This document shows, one piece after another, positions 52,346-64,000 of a stretch of 64,000 bases of DNA (position 1 is its first letter; each line of letters starts with the position of its first letter). This DNA is from Octopus vulgaris. Lineage: Eukaryota. The notes under the pieces were generated by a model. The model did not search any database, had not been told where the DNA came from, and saw only the letters and a list, made by a program, of their open reading frames with translations. Location of the stretch: contig OX597820.1 of NCBI GenBank assembly GCA_951406725.2, forward strand, positions 19,778,001-19,842,000, given 5' to 3'. Made by a program: the position numbers and the translations under genes.

Positions 52346-52730
52346 CACTGAACTGCAAAAGAAACGCGAGATGTTTGTGACTGCGAAATGTTTTAATTTT
52401 ATTATGTCAGAGATAAATTTTGATAAATATGTATAAATTCAATTTCCACAGTCTATGGATTGTTGTCATGTGTTTTGGTAATGGGTGGATCCAGCACATT
52501 GAGATTGTAGGACGTGACATGTTCAATACCGTGTATGCCCTCCCTGGGTGTTCAAAATGGCCATACATCATTGGTACATGGAATGCATGAGGCAGTTTGC
52601 AAACGCCATTGGCACCGGTGCCCACATCCTGAGGAAAGCTGCCTCCAGTTTCATTCAAGTTGTGGGCCTTGAGACCACCTGGTTCAGCCGTCTCTGGATT
52701 TCATCCCACAGGTGTTGGTTCATTTACGAG
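52346..52730 (-). mobile_element. Tc1-type transposon 3' remnant
   Basis: HLWDEIQRRL...LRMWAPVP...SM...CMAILNTQGGHTRY* C-terminal signature; TA|CACTGAACTGCAAAAG terminus. Confidence 0.75.
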
Positions 52731-54302
52731 CATCACATGAAGTCATAACAAGAACGGATACACACACACACACACACAGAGACACACACACACACACACA
52801 ACATGTGTGTACCCTAACCCTATGGTGGGCAGTATAAAGTAACATAAGATAAATAAGTCTGAAGTACTAAAGGACAACCTCAGGACGCTGAACTTTTCGG
52901 ACGAAATGACAAAGGACCAAGATACCCGGCGCCTTGCTTTACTCAAGACCTGTCCTCCACAGCAGAGTCCTGTGCCGGTGCCACATTAAAAGCACTGGTG
53001 CTGCATAAAAAGCACCCAGTGCACTCCATGGAGTTGTTAGTGTTAGGAAAGGAATCTAGCTGTAGAAACCATACTAAGGCGGCAAGCTGTCAGAATTGTT
53101 AGCACGCCAGGCGAAATGCTTAATGGTATTTTGTCTGCCGTTAAGTTCTGAGTTCAAATTCCGCCAAGGTCGACTTTGCCTTTCATCCTTTCGGGGTCGA
53201 TAAATTAAGTGCCAGTTACACACTGGGGTCGATGTAATCGACTTAATTCCTTTGTCTGTCTGTGTTTGTCCCCTCTATGTTTAGTCCCTTGTGGGCAATA
53301 AAGCAATAAGAAACCATGCTAAAAGAGAGAATGGTGTCTTGTGTGGCCCCTGGCCTTACCAGCTCCAGTTAAGAACTGACCGACCTTTACTCTTTTACTT
53401 GTTTCAGTCATTTGACTGCGGCCATGCTGGAACACTGCCTTTAGTCGAGCAAATCGACCCCAGGACTTATTCTTTGTAAGCCCAGTACTTATTCTATCGG
53501 TCTCTTTTGCCGAACCGCTAGGTGACGGGGACGTAAACACACCAGCATCGGTTGTCAAGCAATGCTAGGGGGACAAACACAGACACACAAGCACACACAC
53601 ATATATATATATATACATATATACGACAGGCTTCTTTCAGTTTCTGTCTACCAAATTCACTCACAAGTCATTGGTCGGCCCGGGGCTATAGCAGAAGACA
53701 CTTGCCCAAGATGCCATGCAGTGGGACTGAACCCGGAACCATGTGGTTGGTTAGCAAGCTACTTACCACACAGCCACTCCAGAATGAAAAATGGATGTTA
53801 AATGATGATAATGATAATGATTACAACGATGGTGGCAGTGGCGGTGTGGAGCAGGAGGTCTGTTTTATACTTCCTTCTTTCACTCCCTTCACTAATGTTC
53901 ATACAAAAGATGTGAAGGTCACCTAATCTGTTCCCTTATCACTGAACTCAATTGCTATGAGTCAAAAACAACAGACTCATACAGGGATGAATGTATACCG
54001 GATTATATTGGTGCAAGCATGGGTGAGTGGTTATTCATCCATAAACATATGATTTCAGGTCCTGTCCCACTGCCCAGCACCTTGTGCAAGTGTCTTTTAC
54101 CAAGCGTCTTTAACCCTGGGTGAACCAGTGCCTTGTGTGTGAATTGAATAGACAGAAAGTAAAAGAAAAAAAAAAGCCGTGTGTGTGTGAGATATAAATT
54201 ATTTTAAAGCTGGACCTTGAAGTAGATAAAGATTATTTATAGCTTTATATCTCTTTCGGAGATATGAATATAAATTCTAATAATATATATATATATATGA
54301 AT

Positions 54303-54582
54303 AAACAATTGCAGCGTGGAAGGTGTGTATAAGCCATTTAAGAAACACACAAAACCGTTAGATTCACTTCAACATTTAAATTTAATTTGTCAAAATATTT
54401 TCCTCGCTTTGAGACTGCAACCTGTTCAATGACAAAATTCCATGCTTCATCTCAGTGAACAGGTCACAGTTTCAAAGCAACGAAGATATTTTGACAAATT
54501 AAATTTAAATGTTGAAGTGAATCTAATGGTTTTTGTGTGTTTCTTAAATGCCTTATAAGCACCTTCCACGCTGCAATTGTTT
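54303..54582. repeat. Foldback (~130-bp arms) carrying variant hammerhead-like motifs
   Basis: AAACAATTGCAGCGTGGAAGGTG...CTGTTCA is mirrored by TGAACAG...CACCTTCCACGCTGCAATTGTTT; flanked by TA tracts. Confidence 0.85.
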
Positions 54583-54847
54583 TCGTTCCAGCACCCGATC
54601 TCAGATCAGGTCACTTGCTATGCAAGTACATCTCCGTAAATATATATATATATACATGTCTGTGTTGCTGATGGAACGTAAAAAGCATGCACTACACTCT
54701 TGGAGTGGTTCGCATTAGGAAGAACATCCTGCCATAGAAACCATGCCAAATCAGATTGGAACCTGGTGCAGCTCCCCAGCTTTCAGTCAAACCGTCCAAC
54801 CCATGCCAGTGTGTTAAAGGATGATGATTATAATATGTATATACATA

Positions 54848-54924
<77 letters not shown>

Positions 54925-54947
54925 TATTTAAAAGCAGCAGAAAAAAA

Positions 54948-54985
54948 CTGTCCGACGAACGGGAATGTGAAACTCAGAGTAACAG
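54948..54985 (+). ncRNA. Hammerhead motif with a U4C core variant, sense strand of LC3 intron 2
   Basis: CTGT-CCGACGA-AC(GGGAAT)GT-GAAA-CTC(A)GAG-T-A-ACAG. Confidence 0.5.
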
Positions 54986-55078
54986 GTTTTGTTGAATTTC
55001 TGCTGCTTTTAAATAAAGCATATTACTCTACCGCTGGTATTTGAGTACTCTTTTTTCCACCTTTATGTGTTTACTCCG

Positions 55079-55120
<42 letters not shown>

Positions 55121-55362
55121 TATATATACATATAATTATATTCTATCTACGTATCTACCCATCCACCCTGCTTGGAAACAGGTGAGGGTTGGTGATAGGA
55201 AGAGCATTGGGCTGTACAAAATGTACCTCAACAAATTCCACCCGACCCATGCAAGCATAGAAAAATGGATGTTAAAACATGATGATAATGATGGTGGTGG
55301 TGATGATGATGACAGTAGTTGTGATGATGATGACAATATATCTGGAGTTGATAAATGATTAA

Positions 55363-55497
<135 letters not shown>

Positions 55498-56659
55498 TAA
55501 CACGCCATAATATTTTTTTCCTTCTCTATTATTTGTCTGTTATCAACATAAATGGCCCAATAATTCAATGATGTCTAACATTTCATTGGACGCCTGTGAT
55601 CCTCTATTCTTGCTCTCTTTCTACACCACCAGTAAAACCACTTTGAGTTGTTAAAAGGCTCCTCTGCTGACTGGAGGTTAGTTGTATTGTATTACACCAC
55701 TGGTAGGGACAGTGGAGAAGCATTGTAGGATTCAGAATTGTTGGCATGGATGTGTGGTTAAGGAGCAAGCTTCCCAATCATGTAGTACCAGGTTCAGTCC
55801 CACTATGTGGCACCTTGGGTAAGTGTCTTCTATAGACTGACCAAAGCCTTGCAAGTAGAGGTAGTTGATGGAAACTGAAAGAAGCCCATCATATATACGT
55901 ATATATAAATATATATATATGTGTGTATATGTATGTGTGTGTGTATATGTATATGTGTGTGTGTGTATTATATATGTATGTGTCTGTCGTCATCATCATC
56001 CGCTTTCCATGCTAGCATGGGTTGGACGATTTGACTGAGGTCTGGCAAACCAGATGGCTGCACCAGGTTCCAATCTGATCTGGCAGAGTTTCTACAGCTG
56101 GATGCCCTTCCTAATGCCAACCACTCCGAGAGTGTAGTGGGTGCTTTTACATGCCACCGGCACGAGGGCCAGTTAGGTGGTACTGGCAACGGCCACGCTC
56201 AAATGGTGCTTTTTATGTGCCACCTGCACAGGAGCCTGTCCAGCGGCACTGGCAACAACCTCACTCGAATGTTTTTTATATGTGCCAGCAGCACAAGTGC
56301 TAGTAAGGTGACGCAGGTAACGATCACGCTTGAATGGTGTTTTACGTGCCATCGGCACAGAGGCCAGCTTGTTGCTCTGGCAACGATCTCACTTGTACAG
56401 TACTCTTAGTGCTCCACTAGCACAGATACCAGTCATCGAATTTGATTTCGATTATACATATATATATATGTGTATATACATGTGTCTATATATGTATATA
56501 TATATATATATATGTGTGTGTATATATGTGTTGTGTGTATATACATACATACCCGTGTTTGTATATACGCACACACACACACACACATACGCATGTAAAT
56601 ATATATATGCATATTGCTGGCCACTTGATATGATTATTATCTTAAATAATGGTCTTATT

Positions 56660-57305
56660 CATCATCATCATCGTTTAGTTTCCATTTTCCATGCTAGCAT
56701 GGGTTGGACGGTTCGACCGGGGTCTTGGGAGCCAGGAGGCTGCACCAGACTCCAGTCTGATCTGGTAGTGTTTCTACAGCTGGATGCCCTTCCTAACGCC
56801 AACCACTCCGTGAGTGTAGTGGGTGCTTTTTTGTGTGCCACCGGCACAGGGGCCAGGGGAGGCTGGCAACGGCCACGATCGGTTGGTGCTTTTTACGTGT
56901 CACCGGCACAGAAGCCAGTCAAGGCGGTGCTGGCATCGGCTATGTTCGGATGGTGCTTTTTACGTGTCACCGGCACAGAAGCCAGTCAAGGCGGTGCTGG
57001 CATCGGCTATGTTCGGATGGTGCTTTTTACGTGTCACCGGCACAGAAGCCAGTCAAGGCGGTGCTGGCATCGGCTATGTTCGGATGGTGCTTTTTACGTG
57101 TCACCGGCACAGAAGCCAGTCAAGGCGGTGCTGGCATCGGCTATGTTCGGATGGTGCTTTTTACGTGTCACCGGCACAGAAGCCAGTCAAGGCGGTGCTG
57201 GCATCGGCTATGTTCGGATGGTGCTTTTTACGTGCCACTGGCACGGGTATCACAACTATAATTTCCATTTGATTTTTATTTTGACGTCGATGTACTTGAC
57301 TCAAT
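56660..57305 (-). mobile_element. RTE-tailed short element with an internal 67-bp tandem array; related copies at ~36770-37454, 38507-38725, 46645-46833, 55985-56420, 57865-58325
   Basis: Shares the RTE 3'UTR block with 45990-46130 and ends in (GAT)n; five identical 67-bp units at 56885-57219. Confidence 0.8.
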
Positions 57306-58464
57306 AGGTCATGTAACAATTTATTATGTAAGTACCACTTCATCAGACAAATACAAATGAAATATATTTCATTTGTGATTCACTAACAGGAGTTGTGCTT
57401 ATGTAACAACTTGTTACATAACCACTTGAAGCATGTATAATGTAGTTATTCAAATATACTCTCTTTTACTCTTTTATTTGTTTCAGTCATTTGACTGTGG
57501 CCATGCTGGAGCACTGCCTTTAGTCGAGCAAATCGACCCCAAGACTTATTCTTTGCAAGCCTAGTACTTATTCTATCGGTCTCCTTTTGCCGAACCGCTA
57601 AGTTACAGGGACGTAAACACACCAGCATCGGTTGTCAAGCGATGTTGGGGGGACAAACAAACAAAAACACACACATACATATACATATATACGATGGGCT
57701 TCTTTCAGTTTCCGTCTACCAAATCCACTCCCAAGGCATTGGTCGGCCCGGGGCTATAGCAGAAGACACTTGCCCAAGATGCCACGCAGTGAGACTGAAC
57801 CCGGAACCATGTGGTTGGTGAGCAAGCTACTTACCACACAGCCACTCCTGCGCCTATTGGTATATCATCATCATCATCATCATCATCATTTAACGTCCAC
57901 TTTCCATGCTGGCATGGGTTGGACGGTTCAACTGGGGTCTGGGAAGCCAGAAGGCTGCACCAGGCCCAGTCTGATCTGGCAGTGTTTCTACAGCTGGATG
58001 CCCTTCCTAACGCCAATCACTCCGTGAATGTAGTGGGTGCTTTTTACGTGCCACCGGCACAGGTGCCAGATGGGGCTGGCAGACGGCCATGATCGGATGG
58101 TGCTTTTTACATGCCACCGGCACAGGGACCAGACGAAGCTGGCAACGGCTGCGGTCGGATGGTGCTTTTTACGTGTCACCGGCACGGAGGCTAGTTGGGC
58201 GGTGCTGGCTACGGCTATGTTCGGATGGCTCACTTACGTGCCACCGGCACTGGTATCACAGCTACAAATTCCATTAATGTTGATATATTACGATTTTGAT
58301 TTTGATCTTCACTTGCCTCAACAGGTCTTCACAAGTGGAGTTTTGTGTCCCAAGAAGGAAGGGAATGCATAAGTGGGCTGGCTACATCCCAGGTGTAGGC
58401 CACGGGATTATGGCCTCACTTGTCCTGCCGGGTAGTTATGTGCTATTCATATACACATTTATAA

Positions 58465-58737
<273 letters not shown>

Positions 58738-61700
58738 AACACCCCCCCACTTTCCCACCAAAAAAAACAAAACCTAAATGTTTTCTTCAAGAGATTGGTC
58801 CCTGTTTCATATACTTCCCAGTATATGTTATTATCCAGTCATCAGCAATTCTTTCATTATTTTAATTAAAAAAACTCTTTAATTAAAGGTTTAAAAACAT
58901 TAGGGTTTTCTCCTCATAGCATTTTCCCATTATGTCTGTCTTTCAAGATCTCTCTCATTCGATGTTTAAGATATTCATGTTTGGTGTTCAGGTAAAAATG
59001 TTCAAAGCATTTAAACTATTTAGTTAAATCATTTGACTATTTGGTAACATTGGAAATCTCAAAGCACAGCTTTATTTTATATGTTTTCATGTTTGTTTTC
59101 TATTGAAGTTCAAGGCAGTAATTTTTTTAATTATTTATGTTTGGAATGTAATCCTAAGGGATTGTCTTAGAACCATAACGATAGTCTAGATACATCAGCA
59201 ATCTTAAACCTTTAGCATTTAAACCAACCATATCCAGCCCAAATATTCTACCTATTTTGTGTTCAACCTGGCCATATCTGGCCTCTCTCGTCTAACCTAC
59301 TAGGTCATTCTAAAAATAAACAATCACATTACTGAAATCTGAAAGCTGTGAGACAATGCATGATTAGTTCAAAGCAATGTGAATAAAAAAAAAAAGATTA
59401 CATTTGACAGAGAAATCTGAATGCTGAAGGGTTAAGCACACCAAAACTATTTCAAATGTAGTACTTATATCTATTCACATCATTTTGAATTAATCCTGCA
59501 TTATCTCATAGCTTTGAGATTTCAATGATGTGACTATTAATTTTTAGAATGACATTGTAGGGTAGGTGTGAGAGGCTGGATCTGGCCAGTTTAAATCTTA
59601 ACTCTTTAGCATTCAGATTATTGTGTCAAATGCAATGCTTATTTATTCACATTGTTTTGAATTAATCCTGTATTATCTCATAGCTTTGAGATTTCAATGA
59701 TGTGATTATTAACTTTTAGACTGATATTGTAGGGTAGGCGTAAGAGGATGAATCTGGCTAGTTTAAACATAAAACTAATTGAATATTATGGACCAGATAT
59801 GGCTAGTTTAAGAGCTGACGAGTTAAGTTATAAGAAATCCACCATTTAGAATTGGATACTGCCTTGGCTTTAATTTTGTTGTCACTTAACTACAGGCTTT
59901 CATTTACTCATGTATGTATTTAGGTTAGTGTTTAGCAAACTATACTCCTGATTTAAAATCTCTGTTGACTATGTATAAAGTCCCCTTTTTTTTGTGTGTA
60001 CAATTTGGTTTGATTATAGTAACCTTATCAAGTTCATATTCTCATTTCTATTGCTGATCTTCACTGAAATGATTAAAACAAAATAGAGATGATTTGGTTA
60101 TTTCAAAGTATTTTATTCAAACAAACCTCAATAATATTTATAAATTCTGAAATTTAAAAAAAAAAAAAATGTATATAATTATTCTCTTCTCTAATTTAAA
60201 AAAATTATTAAGCACTTTAGAAATTTGAATTATGAGCGAATGAATTATGTTATATACATTATCTGTTATACAACAGCAGTTAACTCTTGTCTTTCCACTT
60301 GTGTAGTGTATGTGTGAATGCATGTGGCCTAACGGTTAGGCTATTAGACTCCCATTTGTAAAGATGTGGGTTCAATTCCCAGACCAGGCAGTGCATTGTG
60401 TATTTGGGCAAGGCTCTTCATTTCACATTGCTCCAGTTCACACCAACTGCTGAGTGGCACCTTGTAGACTATTACCCTAACAATTCTTGCAAATGCAAGA
60501 CGTCAGCAGCTCTTAATGGAGGCGTCACCCTGGATGTAATGATGATTATTTACTTGTGTACATTTATACAGTACAGAGGGCAAAGATAAATTGTTAAAAT
60601 AAACGAGCCACCCTTCAATGTCTCATGTATTGTGTTGTTCTGTTGTTGTTCATGTTTATTTAATTTCTTCTAGAATTGAATGAACCAAGACGGTTGAGGA
60701 TCATGTCACACAAGCAATTCTGATAAATGTTAAGGATCTCTACATTTATGCTTTCAGTCAGCTAAAGACTGAAATGAATAATGTCTATATATGTATGTGT
60801 ATGTCCTTGGTCTCTGCATGTACTTTTGGGTATGGATGTGTGATTCAGTACTAACGAGAACATTCTACTTTGAATTTTAGATACACTTTCTTCCCTTCAT
60901 AGCATACTAGTTAGTTATTTTACTCTTTTTTGTGTGACATTTGGATTTAGGGGACTGAGCTAAAAAAAAAAAAAAAAAAAGACATTTAACCCTTTCGTTA
61001 CCAACCCGGCTGAAACCGGCTCTGGCTCTGAGTACAAATGTCTTTGTTTTCATAAGTTTTGAATTAAAATCTTCCACCAAGCCTTATGTTCCTAACACTA
61101 GCTGAATTATAACTAAGTTATTTTACTAAATTCTTCGTTATATTTAAAACAATTGAAAGAAACAGAGCATTTCAAAATAAATACAGTAACGAAAGGGTTA
61201 AAGATATTTTTTGAGAGATTATGGTTATTCATTATAGAAAATGTTATTCTCTTCCTGTATTTCCTATTTTAAAAATTTTAATGATTAAATATCTCAAGGT
61301 TGTAAATGATTTCTATAATGGTACCTGCTTCTTAAACTGCACATTTTTCTTATTGTATTTTTCAACCAATTAAAGGTATATGTATGTATGTATAATGTAA
61401 TGTATGTATGTATCTATCTGTGTGGATGTGTGTGTATGTATGCATGCATGCTATTTTTAATTGGCAGGGTCTACATACAGACTCAAGGGCCAAAAGTCAC
61501 TTTGTAAATTTTGCCAATTGAAAATATAATAAAAAAATATATATATACTTATGTCTTGAGTTCTGTTTATTCTGTTTGTATGACCAAGTTTATACATACA
61601 TATATACATACATATTTTTTTAATTGTAATTTTATGATTTTTATAACTTGTTTGCTTTATAAGTTTGAAGACTATTTTAATAACTTTCTTTCATTTATCT

Positions 61701-63132
61701 TAAGACTTTCTCTCTCTAAATTGTAAATTCATACTTAAAGCATAGATCCATTTTATGCTTCTCATTTTATTACAAGCTTTCATTTCACAGGAAACATATG
61801 GTTTAGTTATTTAATTATTTTGAGAAAAAATGATAGTTATTGTCAGTTGTCTTTTTTTTTTGTTTTATTTTTATCAATTTCAACAAACTCATTGAAGCAC
61901 TGGAATTTTTTTTCCTTTTCTGCCTTTTATAACAATCAAACACTGTCAGCTATCCATATGTATTATTACAATTCTTTTTACCTTCTTTTTTTTTTTCTTT
62001 TGAAGGCAGCGAATTGGCAGAATCATTAGCACATCGGACAGAATGCTTAGCAGTATTTTGTCTGTCTTTACATTCTGAGTTCAAATTCCGCCAAGGTTGA
62101 CTTTGCCTTTCATCCTTTTGGTGTCAATAAATTAAGTACCAGCTGCGTACTGGGGGTCGATCTAATTGACTGGCCCCCTTCCCCCAAATTTCAGGCCTTG
62201 TGCCTATTAGTAGAAAGCATTATTACTCGTTTTTAACAACCCTGATTATTTATAAATTCTATGACTTGTTGACATATTTCCATGACAAAACTTATTAAAC
62301 ATTGTTCAGCTGGTCTGTTAAACATGTTAAAAGAAATAGCAAGCTATATATATTAAGTCAAAAACAGTTATGGTAATACAATGACAAATAGAAAAATGCT
62401 TGGTACAGCTCTTCATCTGCCATCTTGGTTCAATTTTCACTGTGATTATTAAACAGACCTTGATGTTACTGGCATTGTATATCGGGTTAATCTATAGTAT
62501 GTTGATTATAAATAGTTTAACCAAAATATTGAAAGTGTTAGCTGTGTATATAAATAAAATCATGACTAAAAGAAATTAAATTCTAAGCTATATCAAAGGT
62601 CTGAGGTTAAAGTTTATTTTCATTTAAAATTTTAAAGTGTTCTGATAGTTTTAATTAGTATTTAAAAGTCATTAAGCAGTTTATTTGAATATCTGCTGCA
62701 TTATGAGTTGTTGATGTTCTTGGGTTTTTTTCACCGCTTCAACGAACAAGGGTTCAACAAAACTCAGTTGCACAATATTCTTAGTTGGATATTTTGCTGT
62801 GTAGTTTGATCTCAGAATCCAGAAGTATCCAAGATTTGCAGACCTATTTTGCAAACAGTTGTGGTCTCTTGTCATTTGGGGTAGATTGGACCTGGATCTA
62901 TGCAGGGCATTTTTCTCCTTCAGGGTGTTGATCCAGTTGTCTTGATGTCAAAGATGGCTTGATTGCAAAAGCTTCCTCACTGAACCCTGTTCAGTTTTTC
63001 TAATTCCCATGTATTCAAGTTTATAGGTTTAAAGTGTTATGAGCATTCTAATATTCGTATAGCTTCTCCTTATCCAATTTAGAAAACAAGGTATTATAGG
63101 ATTTATATATAAATCTTTTCACACATTGCTTT

Positions 63133-63221
63133 CTAAAATCTCTTCTCCTTTGTTTCATATGGTATGTTTAAATTGACTGTTTGATTAATCCTGGTGGCGG
63201 CAAGTTCAAAAGAAGGTACGC
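63133..63221 (-). CDS. Candidate terminal coding exon of a convergent downstream gene (VPSFELAATRINQTVNLNIPYETKEKRF* or AYLLLNLPPPGLIKQSI*)
   Basis: Minus-strand acceptor ttctttattcag|GCGT at 63222; locally GC-richer, followed by unique UTR-like sequence (62300-63130). Product not recognised. Confidence 0.35.
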
Positions 63222-64000
63222 CTGAATAAAGAACTCAATAAATAATCCCGAGAGTGAATAAAATATCTAATCTATAATTAATAGTCTGAGAATATATATT
63301 TTGTTTTACCTGTGGCTCAGGTGAAACAAAATATATTTTGTCAAACTAACAATTATAAATTAAATGTTTTATTTAATTATTCAATATTTTATAAGGTCTG
63401 CCTGAGAATCTACTGACTTTGCATTTTTCATCATGAAATTGAACTGAATTCAATACACTCAAACATCTTGTGTATTCTATAGAAGCATTGATACAAATCA
63501 CCGTTGTTATTCATAAAAGAATAGCAGTAATGTTGTGCTCTATTTTTTGTTAACAAAATTTAATTGACAACACAAATGCACACATTTTCTTTGACACTAA
63601 ATTAATAGCTATAATCCGCGTATAAATTGTCTATTTTGATTATTTAGTTCAGAAAAGTTTTTTTTTAAAATTTCACATATTTTGAGAGAATAATTTCTTG
63701 GGAGGTGCTATTTAACTAACATTTTGTACATCTTACCCAAATTTTTTTTGGCTTATTTATAGAATTGAATAAAATTAATGGAATGTCTTGCAATATTTTT
63801 TTTGGTGTTTGATCCTACAAATGCGAAAGCTTTACCTTTTTTTTAAACCAGAAATATGTATGCTTGAATGGACTCACAAATATGGATTGTATTTCAAAAT
63901 AAAGTGTGAATGATGCACTGAAGATAAAACAACTTTTTTTTTATATTTTGTTGACTGATTATTTTTTTGTCTTCTTTATTGATCTTTTATCTTTTTCTTG

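Noticed and set aside
56330-57307. 325-aa ORF, the longest in the track
   Set aside because: Made of microsatellite plus the antisense of a repeat with a 67-bp array.

Overview
AT-rich, repeat-dense metazoan genomic DNA. The SINE families and the mollusc-type 5S gene point to an octopus (recognition, not a database result). One complete protein-coding gene is supported: a 4-exon LC3/ATG8-family autophagy gene on the + strand (CDS 32900-32942, 51077-51132, 55390-55496, 58569-58737; 124 aa, [124 protein letters not shown]). The ORF track essentially misses it. There are weaker candidate terminal exons of neighbouring genes at each end, a solitary structurally compensated 5S rRNA variant, and a tRNA-Arg pseudogene. 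The rest is SINEs (at least 4 families), L1/Tx1, RTE and Penelope-like retroelement fragments, mariner/Tc1/piggyBac/Helitron/MITE remnants, a solo LTR and satellites. The most notable hidden signal is about a dozen Penelope-type minimal hammerhead-ribozyme motifs. They include core variants (G3-C8 swap, U4C, A6U), a tandem cluster, and head-to-head foldbacks in the LC3 introns. There is also a tandemly amplified putative H-type pseudoknot module and two SINE-LINE 3'-end partnerships visible within the window.
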